From Guillardia theta CCMP2712 (Eukaryota; Protista; Cryptophyta), in NCBI RefSeq assembly GCF_000315625.1, contig NW_005434567.1, positions 1 to 64,000 on the forward strand: a stretch of DNA of 64,000 bases, read 5' to 3'. Shown here in pieces: positions 44,469 to 55,480 of the stretch. How positions within the stretch are numbered: the stretch's first letter is position 1; each line of letters starts with the position of its first letter. Both the position numbers and the translations under genes were made by a program. Under the pieces are notes generated by a model, which searched no databases, had not been told where the DNA came from, and saw only the letters and a program-made list of their open reading frames with translations.

Positions 44469-44753
44469 CTACTGACAAAAGCTTGCTGCCATCCCCATCG
44501 CCCCTACTATCATGCTCGACGCGATGTTCATCCCCAGTATCCACACGGTTGCTCTCCAGGCGCCTGAGTCGACCTTGAACTGCTGCTTGGTAGAAGGCTT
44601 GCGGGGGAAGGAGGCAGCGGCTTCTTCGGCTGAGTAGTAGACGGGGATGTTGAGATCGATGGGCTGGTAGCCGAGGATGGGGTGGAGCGCAAGGTAGTGA
44701 AGGCGCTTGGTCTCGAGGGGGAGAGCAGAGGAGGAGGAGGAGCTTGTAGTCAT
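44469..44753 (-). CDS. Small tail-anchored unknown protein, family B copy 1
   Basis: 94 aa; KRLHYLALHPILGYQPIDLNIPVYY plus hydrophobic C-terminus. Confidence 0.8.
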   Translation of the reverse strand: MTTSSSSSSALPLETKRLHYLALHPILGYQPIDLNIPVYYSAEEAAASFPRKPSTKQQFKVDSGAWRATVWILGMNIASSMIVGAMGMAASFCQ

Positions 44754-45173
44754 GGGTAGTGCGGGCTGGAGGGGGAGAACTGTGGGCAGATTGTGCTGTG
44801 GGAGAAGGCGGAGGCGCTTTTGTAGACTAGCAGTGCTGACACGACCTCATGACTGTCAGCAACTATTCAACGCAGATGTTATCATTAGACTTTACTACAC
44901 TCAGATGCGCCGCGACCAAATGCTTTTCTGTAAGGTCAGATCGGATTGTATCTCAAAAATGTTTTAAAATCACACATTGCTGACAAAGAACAGCATGACT
45001 GGTGAAGAAGCTTCCAGCTTTGCTTACAGGAATGCAAACGTAGATGTTATCATGACTCTTTACTACCCCAAGATCAGCAGCTCCTTGTCAGCACTGCTAG
45101 TCTACAAAAGCGCCTCCGCCTTCTCCCACAGCCCAATCTCCCCAAAGTTCTCCCCCTCCAGCCCGCACTACCC

Positions 45174-45458
45174 ATGACTACAAGCTCCTCCTCCTCCTCT
45201 GCTCTCCCCCTCGAGACCAAGCGCCTTCACTACCTCGCGCTCCATCCCATCCTCGGCTACCAGCCCATCGATCTCAACATCCCCGTCTACTACTCAGCCG
45301 AAGAAGCCGCTGCCTCCTTCCCCCGCAAGCCTTCTACTCAGCAGCAGTTCAAGGTCGACGCAGGCGCCTGGAGAGCAACCGTGTGGATACTGGGGATGAA
45401 CATCGCGTCGAGCATGATAGTAGGGGCGATGGGGATGGCAGCAAGCTTTTGTCAGTAG
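45174..45458 (+). CDS. Small tail-anchored unknown protein, family B copy 2
   Basis: Inverted duplicate of copy 1; differs at K/Q and S/A. Confidence 0.8.
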   Translation: MTTSSSSSSALPLETKRLHYLALHPILGYQPIDLNIPVYYSAEEAAASFPRKPSTQQQFKVDAGAWRATVWILGMNIASSMIVGAMGMAASFCQ

Positions 45459-46568
45459 GGGAGGCAAGAGGGGGTGCCTGAATAGGCAAGTAGATGTAAA
45501 TAGGAATCTGGTATCTATGTCATTGTGAATGAAATCAAGTCAAGCTAAATTCAAACTGGAGGAGAAAACACTCATAACATGAATCACTCTTCCATGGTTA
45601 TACCGTGGAATTTTGTGAAAGTTGTTTCTATCCTGTTGATACCGTAGTTTCCTGCGTCGGATAGAATCACAGAACCTTCTTTTCTTCATTGGATTGGAAT
45701 GTACGACAAATTCATCAAATCTACATGGAGTTAATCATAATATGATAGATCGACGTGTATGAACGCATATTATTTGCTGACATCCTATTCTTGAATTCAC
45801 GAAGTCTTTCAATCGCCGTTCCCAATCAAGATCGCTTGACTACAAACATTTCTTGCGATCTTCAAAAACAATCATAAGGCTTGATAAGAGACATTTGCGC
45901 TTGTTTATTGCCTATTTGAAAGAGGTACAGATTGCTGACGACGAATTGCGTAGCATCGTGATGGGCTTTCACCCTCAAGTCTATTAGAAATTTATCTTAT
46001 GCTCCAGTAAACTGATTTCCCACCTCGTCCTGGTCAACATAATATTCAATGTGTTGATTTGCTCTACCAGGGACCAGTCTCCTTGCTGCTCGTTTTGGGA
46101 GAAACCTTGCTGTTTAGTGTAACACTTGATGGGTTGAGAGAATTCCGCAACGAGAGAGACGCTTGCTTTTCCATTTGTGACTGCATGCGGATGGATCAAG
46201 TATTGCGTGATAGAGAAAGACAATGCATCATCGCTTTATGTTTGTACAAGCTCAACTATACCCTTGACCCTCCCATGAACAATCTTATCAATATACCCGC
46301 GTGCCCCGATATTTGGCGATTTCAAGCTTTAGAGAACAGCAGTATATCAGCAGTTTAGTGAGCTGGAGCAAAATAATCTGATCGTCAAACAATTTTGTTT
46401 TTCGTTTCAAGAGAAGTTCTCCCATGATCACCTGTCAATATCTGCCTTTCAATGTAGAAAAGCAGTGAAGAATTCTTTCAGCGCCTTTTGCAAAAATAAT
46501 GGCCAGACAGAAAATCGCTTCGAGAATCAACAAGATTATTCATTTTATTGCAGGAATGTTTTACAAAT

Positions 46569-46880
46569 TTACAAGACTAGGTCTTCACCAGTCGCTGAAA
46601 TAATTTGAGGTCGATTTTTGTCTTCAATCAATCTCAATGAATGCACAAGTGCTTCGAGTTGTTTGCTTCTTGACGGGCAGCCGTAAACTTCCTTTCGGTC
46701 TTCCTCTGACAGCGGAAGGATTGCTTTGCAGTAGCATGCTCTATCTTGAAAATTGATCTCTTCTTGAACCCTCCTAGAGATGTCCCTCAAAGATGAAACT
46801 TCCGCATCCTCAGTATCGTTGTCAAAGCTTGCTAGGGAGAGATCAGGAAAACTGGGCTGTTCGTCGATTTCGAGGCTCAT
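46569..46880 (-). CDS. Small intronless unknown protein, family A copy 3
   Basis: MSLEIDEQPSFPDLSL...SSLRDISRR...VYGCPSRSKQLEALVH...SATGEDLVL*; sense-strand TATATAAA upstream at about 47070-47077. Confidence 0.85.
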   Translation of the reverse strand: MSLEIDEQPSFPDLSLASFDNDTEDAEVSSLRDISRRVQEEINFQDRACYCKAILPLSEEDRKEVYGCPSRSKQLEALVHSLRLIEDKNRPQIISATGEDLVL

Positions 46881-46897
46881 TGCTGGTGTAGTCAAAG

Positions 46898-46974
46898 AAA
46901 GGGAGGACAGTTCGATGTCAACCAAAGGGAGGACAGTTCGATGTCAACCAAAGGGAGGATAGTTCGATGTCAAC
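46898..46974. repeat. 26-bp tandem repeat x3 just upstream of family A copy 3
   Basis: AAAGGGAGGACAGTTCGATGTCAACC units. Confidence 0.9.
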
Positions 46975-47888
46975 GAGCTTCTTGACAGGCAGGTGAAGAA
47001 GAACAGGATCGCACTTGCGTTATGGAGAGTTCCGGGAGGATAGGTTTGCGATTTCTATCTCACCTTGCCTTTTATATACAACACGGGAGGTGAGGTTCAT
47101 GGAATATCCTCTTTTGACAGGGGGTGGGTCCTTGCTCCTGGTACAAATAAAAGGGTTGATGTGGATAGACCAGGGGTGGGTACTTACACCTCTCCCTGCA
47201 AAACCTCTTCGGGATATGTATGAGAGGATGCGTTCTTTGCCTAGTTTGTCTCGTTCGAAAATGAGGGGGTAGGGGTGACTCTTAAAGTACCAAAATCCTC
47301 GAAATTCTGAGGAAAACATCGAGGGGTGGGTAGTATAGTGGGTAGTATAAACCCCTTGGAGTAGATCCATGGCCGTGGTTTTAACTCTTTGTCACGTTAC
47401 TAGGCAAAGTCAGGTCATGTTTCAACTCCTTGATAAAATACAGCGATTGATGAGTCCAGAACATTGTCGGTATCGTGACAGGTATCAACATCGGTTCGTT
47501 CGGTCATCCTGCACGATACTCGTCATGGTCCTAGCTGGCCAGTCCCATGCAGTCGATTTGACTGGTAGTACTAGTAAACGGCCCGGCCCGGTTTGGGCCC
47601 GGCTCGGGGTCTTGATCCGAAAGCCCCGGCCCCGAATATCCCGGCCCGGCACAAGGTGAAATGGTTGAGGTACGGTAGAGGTCGCCCACGATTCACAACT
47701 TCATGTTCAGTCGGAGCACGGATCGCCTGCAGCTGCTCGAGACGGCAAGAAACCGTTCACTTAACTTTGAGTTCAGATTGATGGCAAAGTTTCTTCTAAC
47801 ACTTACAGGTTCTTCTTGCCAAACACTACAAAAAACTTTGCGCGTCTCCATGCTAGGAGGTCGGGAAGCGCAAGGGCTATCATTAAAG

Positions 47889-48308
47889 TCTTGCAGCGAC
47901 AGAAACGTAACTCTTGCAGCAATGAATTTTGTAGTTACAGCAACAAATCTTGTAGACAGATTTCTGCACTGGCACCCAGATACCCTCTTAGTCTCCTCAT
48001 TTTGACAAGTGCACGGGGCCAATATCGCATCCTTGAGAGATGATGTAAACTTCCTCGCAACCACTGCAGAGCAGTATTGACAAATGCAAGCATCAGATTT
48101 GATTTGACGAAGCAATGTGGTAAGGCGGGCAATAAGTTTGGGTTTTCCGCGCACGAGGGGACTCGAAAGTTGGAGCCCAGAGGAATTTACGTTCTTGCAT
48201 GATTGTCGTTTCTATAGGCCCAGCATGTCTTTCCCCAACAAATTTATTCCGTCGCTGCAAGAGTAACAACTCTGTTACTACAAGAGTTACGTTTCTGTCG
48301 CTGCAAGA
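47889..48308. mobile_element. Putative non-autonomous DNA transposon/MITE remnant with a 28-bp perfect inverted repeat
   Basis: TCTTGCAGCGACAGAAACGTAACTCTTG (47889-47916) is the reverse complement of 48281-48308; extra internal TCTTGCAGC-type units; no TSD seen. Confidence 0.55.
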
Positions 48309-49147
48309 GGACAGGGTTTATTTTGACCACCATTCAATGCTAAACCTTGCCTGCGGGTCAAACTACAATCTGTATAGACTTGACCTGTCGCGTGGCCGAT
48401 GTTGCCATTGGCCGTGGCGCCCTCATTCAGTGCGTTCCGTGTTAGCAGTGAGACGGTCCCAAGAGAGTTAAGGTCTCGTGAATTCACCTGCTGATTCTAA
48501 CGATCGCCAAGTGCCCCAGCATTCCCTTTCGTGATTCATGCATAAGCTCGATGGTTAATATGTTCCTGGAAAAGAAAAACTACTTTGCTCGTTCCATGAT
48601 TGTGGATGAGAAAGTTCTTGGAGCCTCGCAGTCATTTCAGACCCAGACAAAACACAACTTACATGATACACCAGTTTGTCGTTTCTTTTGTCAGTCTCAA
48701 ACCCTCAAGTTGTCTTAAACATAGACAAATAGAACCGAAGCTTTCTGAAGGACGAGCTGCTCTATGTTGTTTATCCATTAACATTCACAACATGATACGA
48801 CTTTACAAGAGAGCACAACAATTTTATTTGCTTGCTTGTAAACTTTGTCTGCCTGAGCATACCGATGATAGTTTGCATCGGAGTGCAGAAAGTTTAGGTA
48901 GCTCAACAGACAACTTTCAACATCATCCTAAGGAGAGGATGCATATCAATCGATGGTTGACATGCATGTTATTTCACGGGAATGAACTCGTTTACTGACT
49001 ACAGGATTGTGAAAACTCAATCCGAAGTATGTTTTTTCACACCCCAACAGTTTTACAAACGCACGAGACCATGCATATGTTACAAGCGTTTATGAAATAA
49101 TGTACAATGCCGAAGGAGCAGTAGCTAAGTCACAAATTTCCCCTAAT

Positions 49148-49519
49148 CTAGAGAACGTTTAGTCTTGGTAGGAACGTAATCATGCCGAGGATGGCGAACA
49201 TCAGAATGTTTACAATCACGATGGTGATCAAAACCGGATTCAATGCTTCATCCCATTTGATGGCCTTGCACGTTTGCGTCTCTCCACATGGCACTGGCTT
49301 GATTCTATCCACGTCTTGTTGAGTATACACAAGAGGAATTTGGAGGTCAATCTGTTGAACTCCCAAAAACATGTGCTCTGCTACGACGTGGATGTTCTTG
49401 AATTCCCGCAGAGGAGGCAAGAGCTTCTCCTCTTTGCATAGCTCGCGTTCACTCCTGTTGCCACTCAGTTCTCTAACAGCTTCCTGCATGTCCAACACGT
49501 CTTGTTCGTAGCTGTGCAT
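49148..49519 (-). CDS. Small tail-anchored unknown protein, family B copy 3 (divergent)
   Basis: EFKNIHVVAEHMFLGVQQIDLQIPLVY aligns to ETKRLHYLALHPILGYQPIDLNIPVYY; C-terminal TM VLITIVIVNILMFAILGMITFL. Confidence 0.8.
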   Translation of the reverse strand: MHSYEQDVLDMQEAVRELSGNRSERELCKEEKLLPPLREFKNIHVVAEHMFLGVQQIDLQIPLVYTQQDVDRIKPVPCGETQTCKAIKWDEALNPVLITIVIVNILMFAILGMITFLPRLNVL

Positions 49520-49960
49520 AGCTTGATGGAAATCACCCTGGCGCAAGCGCCGTGGTCTTGCGAATGGTGGGTCTGGCTAAGGGGGCTTTGTATTTTCATA
49601 TCTGAGGCACCATCCCCTGGACCTCGTGACTTTCATCAGCAATATCAGCATTTCTGGTCCCGTGCGCACTGGAACGACCTATAAAAGCATCGTTTCGGAT
49701 CTTACTGTTTACATCTACACTAAATTGCAAAACCTACTCAGGAACATTGCAAGGGTATCAGAGTACCCCTGAAAAAATCCGACTTTACACCCGGTACTTA
49801 AGCTTCAATTGTGCACCCCCACCCCCTGAAATCATCAGGTCACGAGGAGAACAATATTCTGTAAGGCCTGTCACATGGCCACCTGTCATCATCCCTTGTT
49901 CCTTACATTTTACAGAGGGCCCCGTCTCCGTCACGACTGCTCTATCGGACTCTACCGCCG

Positions 49961-50075
49961 AAACATACTCAGTACTGCTTCTTTACTTAAAGTTAAGTTA
50001 TTTTTTATTAAAGAGTTTTAAATCAAAAGATTAGTACCAGTGTCGAGGCACCCCGGGCTGCAATCGGACTGGGTC
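49961..50075 (-). repeat. Dispersed repeat copy F (minus), with AT- and GC-rich insertions
   Basis: CATACTCAGTACTGCTTCTTTACTTAAAGTTAAGTTA...ATTAGTAC..CGAGG..CAATCGGA. Confidence 0.75.
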
Positions 50076-50450
50076 GCCCTCGGCCCGTCATCATACCGTT
50101 AAACCGTTATTTTTGTTAACTCGTTACGTGGCCGTTACGATTTTTCCTTGCACGGTCATTTCCATTTCAGCGGAATGACCGTACCGTCCGTCATTCCCCC
50201 GGCTCCCGCTATGGCGCCATCAACTCAAGTCATGGCAGCCGCGTCCTCTGAAGGGAGGGCCTGAGAGGAAGGGAGGTGGGCTGAGCGAACTTCCGACCCG
50301 GCGGGGCGGGACTCTGGGAGGAGCCTGAGCTGCCAGTCGTCTTAGGCCACTTGGTACCTGAGCCTGTATGCAAGCGTAGTATGCAGGGTTGAGAATACCA
50401 GGCTCGTGAACTTTGGAACCAGGGAGAGGATTGATGGCCGCACTGACGTC

Positions 50451-51329
50451 ATGGCAACCGTAGAACTCTTTGCTAAATCGACTCGAAAGATGCATAGGAG
50501 GAGCAGGAGCAGGAGCAGCATGAGCAGGAGCAGCAGGAGCAGCAGCAGGAGAGAAGCACAGGCAGAGAAGAACGACGATGCATATAGTAGAGCCTTGCAA
50601 ACTCTAGGAAAAGACACGGTGTACATATGGATCTCGTAGACTCATCGCGAACCTCTCTCGCTCCCTTGTTGTGCCTCCTGAAGCTAGTTGAGGCTCCCCA
50701 ATACCCCCCAGCGTCTTGTCCCGTCGGCATGAATGTCAAACCATCCTTTGATGTGACGGCAGCTTTCAGGATCGTGAGGGGATGGGGCAGGCGCATAGTT
50801 CCGACAAGTCGAGCAGGTCTGTTGGAGACCCATGTCATAGACACATGCCTTTCCCCTTGACCCCAACCCCACCTCCGTCCCCTAGTCGCAATCTTGCGAT
50901 CCCCTGATCGTACAAATCTTGATTTCTGCTACGTTCCCGTTCCTTTCGCCTGTATTCCCTTCCTCTCCTCCCTACAACCACCACCTCCTCCTCTCCCTCC
51001 CTCCTCCTCCTCCCCCCCTCCTCATCCTCTTCTTTTCCGTCCTCGTCCCCTTCTTTTCCATCCTTCTCCCCTCCTCCTCCTTTCTTCCCTCCTCCTCTTT
51101 CCCACCCTCTTCCTCGAATATTTCTCTCTCTTCCTTTCTCCTACATACTGCCTCTGCATCCCCACGGTGACCGTACTGTAGAGCTTGTCTGGGCCTAGAT
51201 ATAGGCTGCTGCAGCGACGGAAAGGATGGGCCCTCCTTGCCGCCTTATCATAAGTTTGGTAACCACGGCCGGTCTTCACAGCAGACATGGAGAGAGGAGG
51301 TGAGCAGGAGCAGGAGCAGGAGCAAGTGG

Positions 51330-51372
<43 letters not shown>

Positions 51373-51545
51373 AGTGGAGGAGCAGGAGCAGGAGCAGGAG
51401 CAGGAGGCAGTCAATCCAGCTCGTCGAGCTGAGAAGCCCAGCCCGTCTTCTTCAGTTTGACTTCAACCCTCGTCATGGTCCGGAGCAGAGACCGGGAGAG
51501 GCGAAGAGACAAGAAGCAGGAGCAGGAGCAGGAGCAGAAAGAGAT

Positions 51546-51582
<37 letters not shown>

Positions 51583-52048
51583 CAACACCAGCATCAGCAG
51601 CAAGCATGCAAGTTTCTCAGCACAGAGGAGCATCGGCGATGGATGGGGAGGAGGCAGAACAACGGGGCAGGACACAGCAAACGAGCGCAAGGCAGGCAGG
51701 GCAGGAGGAGGAGGCGATGGAGCAGAGGCGAGGGTCAGACGAGAAGCAGGAGGAGGTGAAGGAGGCGCGACGGCGGCAGCAGCGGGTAGAGGAAGAGCTA
51801 GGTGTGTCTACCCTGGACCTCGCCCTTCCCTCCTCGCTGACTGACTTATCAGCAATTGCTCGTCAAGAAGCGGAAAGATTGAGGCAGGAACTGATGGCTC
51901 TCAAGGTTGCTTCCTCTGTACCCTTGTTCTTTCATTCCCCTCTTCCTCCTCCTTCTACTCCCCGTTGTCCTCGTGTCTCTACTACTTTTCTCCTCCTCTT
52001 CTTCTTTCTTCTCTCCTCCTCCACCACCTCCTCTTCAAACTAATACTC

Positions 52049-52107
<59 letters not shown>

Positions 52108-52783
52108 TCTCCTCCTCCTCCTCCTCCTCCTCCTCCTCCTCCTCCTCCTCCTCCTCCTCCTCCTCCTCCTCCTCCTCCTCTTCCTCATCCGTTCCTTTCA
52201 TTTCTTCTGAGTTGCAAGCAGGAGAAGGAGGTGGAACGTACTCGAAACGACATCGAGTACGCCAACAAGCTGGGGGACGCGCAAAAGTGAGAAAGAAAGA
52301 GACGGGGGAGGAGAGCGAGAAGAGAAGAAGAGCAGAGCAGTGGGAAGGACAGTGGAGAAGGAAATTCATTATAGGGGAAGAGGAGAGGAAAGAAGGGAGG
52401 AGAGAAGAAGGGGAGGATCCGGAGAGGGAGCAGGAGCAGAAGCAGGAGCAGACGCAAGGAAGAGTAGGAAGAGGAGGAGGAGGAGGAGGAGGCCCAGGGC
52501 GATTGATCCTGTTGACACGATGGCAGGCGCTTGGGAGCAGCTACGGCAAGGAATGCAAGGGCAGGGGGACTGAGGAAGGGAGAGGGAAGTGGAAGAGGAA
52601 TGGAGGGGAAGGAGGGAGATGAGAAGCATGTTGATGTTCATGCAGGCAAGGCAGCAGATCCGCACGCTTTCAAACTTGCCGGACCTGGAGGACGTAGAGG
52701 TGCGAGTGAAGTTTTGTTCCGCTCCTCACCCTCACCCTTATCATCATTACCAACATTGTCGTCGCCCTCATCATCATCATCAT

Positions 52784-52848
<65 letters not shown>

Positions 52849-53606
52849 TCATCATCATCATCATCAACATCATCATCTTTCCCCTTCGCTAACACTTCCT
52901 CTTCTTCTTCTTTCCCCGTGTTCTCCTTCGAGATTGTGCTCGTGAACTTAAAGTTGATCGCAGGACCCCCTTCTAGCCGACCTGACAGTACCGGTGCCGC
53001 ATGCTCTAGCCCCTGTGCTCCTTTACTGACTGTTTGCAGGGCTCGCGTGAGCTGCCTGGTGAGCCAGAGACGAGGATACGAAGAAAGGCAGAGAGGAGAG
53101 GAGAGGAGAGGAGAGGAGAGGAGGAGGGAGGAGGGAGGAAGGCCATGAGATAGAGTGGAAGAAGAAAGTTGAGGGAGGAGGAGGAGGAGGAGGAGGAGGA
53201 GGAGGAGGAGGAGGATTTGTGGAAATCCAAGATGATACTGAATTCTTCTGCAGGAAGCAAACCATCTAAGCAGCCAAGCTTGGAGAACGTGAGACGTGGG
53301 GAAGGGGCAGGAAGAGAGGAAGAACACGTGAGGGGGGCAGCAGGCAAAGCTAGAGGGACACCAGAGGAGGGAGGACGCGCAAGGACAGGAGGGAGTAGAT
53401 GAAAGAAGGGGGAAGGAGTACCAGTAGGAGAGAGAGGAGGAGAGCGGGAGGGGAGGAGGGAGAAGGAGGGAGAGGAGGAGAGGAGGAAGAGGGGAGGGGA
53501 GGAGGATTGCAGCTGACGGGTCGGTCAGGCTCTTGAGCGACTTGAGAGGGCCAAGAAGAAGTTGAACGAGATGTCGGTGGGCGAGAAGGGGAAGACAAAC
53601 TACGAG
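50451..53606 (+). CDS. Multi-exon coiled-coil hypothetical protein (3' end unresolved)
   Basis: Exons such as ARRRQQRVEEEL, AIARQEAERLRQELMALK, EKEVERTRNDIEYANKLGDAQK, ALERLERAKKKLNEM between microsatellite-filled introns. Confidence 0.55.
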
Positions 53607-54162
53607 GTGTGATGAAGGAGTGAAGAGAACAGACAGCGGAGAGAAGGGGGGGGAGGACAGGGACAGGACAGGGACAGGACAGGACAGGACAGGACAGGGA
53701 CAGGGACAGGACAGGGAGAGGAGAAGGACCCGACGAGAAAGAGGAGAGGGAGAGGAAAAGGAAGGAAGGGCCAAGGTGGGAACCGTGAGGGGAAAAAGGA
53801 TTTGCATGGAAGGAGTTGAACACCAACCCTTACCCAAAAAACTTGTTTAAAGAAAAGGGAAAAAGGACCTTGGTAACTTTTTCCAAAATTCCTTCCCTCC
53901 CTCCCATCAACCTCCATCCTGGGTCACCGAATTTGAAAAGGACCGCCACGCCCCCTCCCCAAAGAATACCTTGCTCTCCTGGCTTCTGTTCCAAACAAAT
54001 GACGGGGCCCTTGGGGGTTTTAATTATTAAAAAGGCCCCCCCCCCTTTTTTTTTTTCCTGGCNNNNNNNNNNNNNNNNNNNNNNNNNNNNNNNNNNNNNN
54101 NNNNNNNNNNNNNNNNNNNNNNNNNNNNNNNNNNNNNNNNNNNNNNNNNNNNNNNNNNNNNN

Positions 54163-55444
54163 CTCCTGCCCTGCTCTATCGGTCTTGTCTTCACTATCGT
54201 CTCCCTCGTGCCTCCTTACCCAGACTTTCCGAGTCCCTCGCCTTCTTTCCATCCCATCTTCCTTAGCAGGTCTGACCCCTTGCTTTCTGCTAGAGGATCC
54301 TGTGGCTACATATTCGTGAGTAGGAGCAGGAGCAGAGAAGGCAGTAAGGAGGAGGAAGACGGAGAACAGAGCAAGAGGAGAGGACGAGGACAGAGATTGG
54401 GCGTGGAGGAGGCACACGAGTTGAGCGAGGAGGGGGAGGGTGTGGGGGAGGAGGAGGAGGAAGTTGAAACCTTGGTGCCGTGTCTTGCTGCCTCCACAGC
54501 CTCTCGCAGATGCTCCTCCTTCTCCTTCTCCTGCTCGCCTGTTCAGTGACTAGCTCCCGCGTCAACCTCCTCCTCGACCTCTCGTGCGAGCTCCGCGTAC
54601 TTCCTTGCTTTTTCCTGCCTCAGTGCCTGAGCATTGCCGTCAGTCGCCTCCCCACCCCTGCTCCCCTCTCTTCTTCCTTCCCCTCCTCTTCCTGTCCTTC
54701 CTGTTCCATCCCACCATCGCCTTCCTCATATCCCTCCTCCTCTTCCTCCCCTCTCCCTCCTCCTCTCCCTCCCCCCTCCTCCTCTCCCTCCTCCCCTCTC
54801 CTTCACTTTCTCTCTGCGTCACCCACCTTCTTCTCCATGGCGTGCTGCTCTGCCATGACCTCCCTCTTGATCTTCTCGATCTCAACCTTCTTGTGCTCGG
54901 CCTGCAAGTCCGTCACGCCTGCTGCTCGACGACAGCTGGGCTCACAAGCTTCTGCCGGTGCATGTCCGACTGGTCCTCATGCTTCTTCAACTGCAGGGAG
55001 GAGGTGTAAAGTCAGAGCAGCGCAGGTTTCTCCTCCCTCCTGCTCCCAGCCAGAGATCTGCCCTTTCCTTGCATCCCCCCCCCCCTTCCCCTCCTCCTCC
55101 TCCTCCTCCACTTCCCTCCCGTCTCTCCACTCGTCCTCCCTCCCCTCTCCTCGTCCTCCTCTCCCTCGCCTCCGCTACCCCATCCTTCCATCTTGTCTGC
55201 CTCTACTTTGACACCCTCCAGAGCCTCCTCTCCTTCCTACCTGCTCAGCAGACCCGAACTTTCGCCTGCAAATGTAGCAAACGCCCGTCCCATTGGCGAG
55301 CACTGCTGAAATGTTCCCTCCTGGCCCAGTAGTTGGGGCTGCTGATGGGGCCTCCCCCGAGCTAGCTGCAACCTGCTCGAACGTCATGCGAGCTGCCTCC
55401 CAAACTCAATGGGTCGGACAGATGCTGACGCTGCCGCCGCCACT

Positions 55445-55480
<36 letters not shown>

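Larger units (their letters stand above)
44340..45550. repeat. Inverted repeat (gene palindrome): near-identical arms about 44461-44841 and 45086-45465, with diverged outer extensions
   Basis: Arms are reverse complements; 244-bp spacer (44842-45085). Confidence 0.95.
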
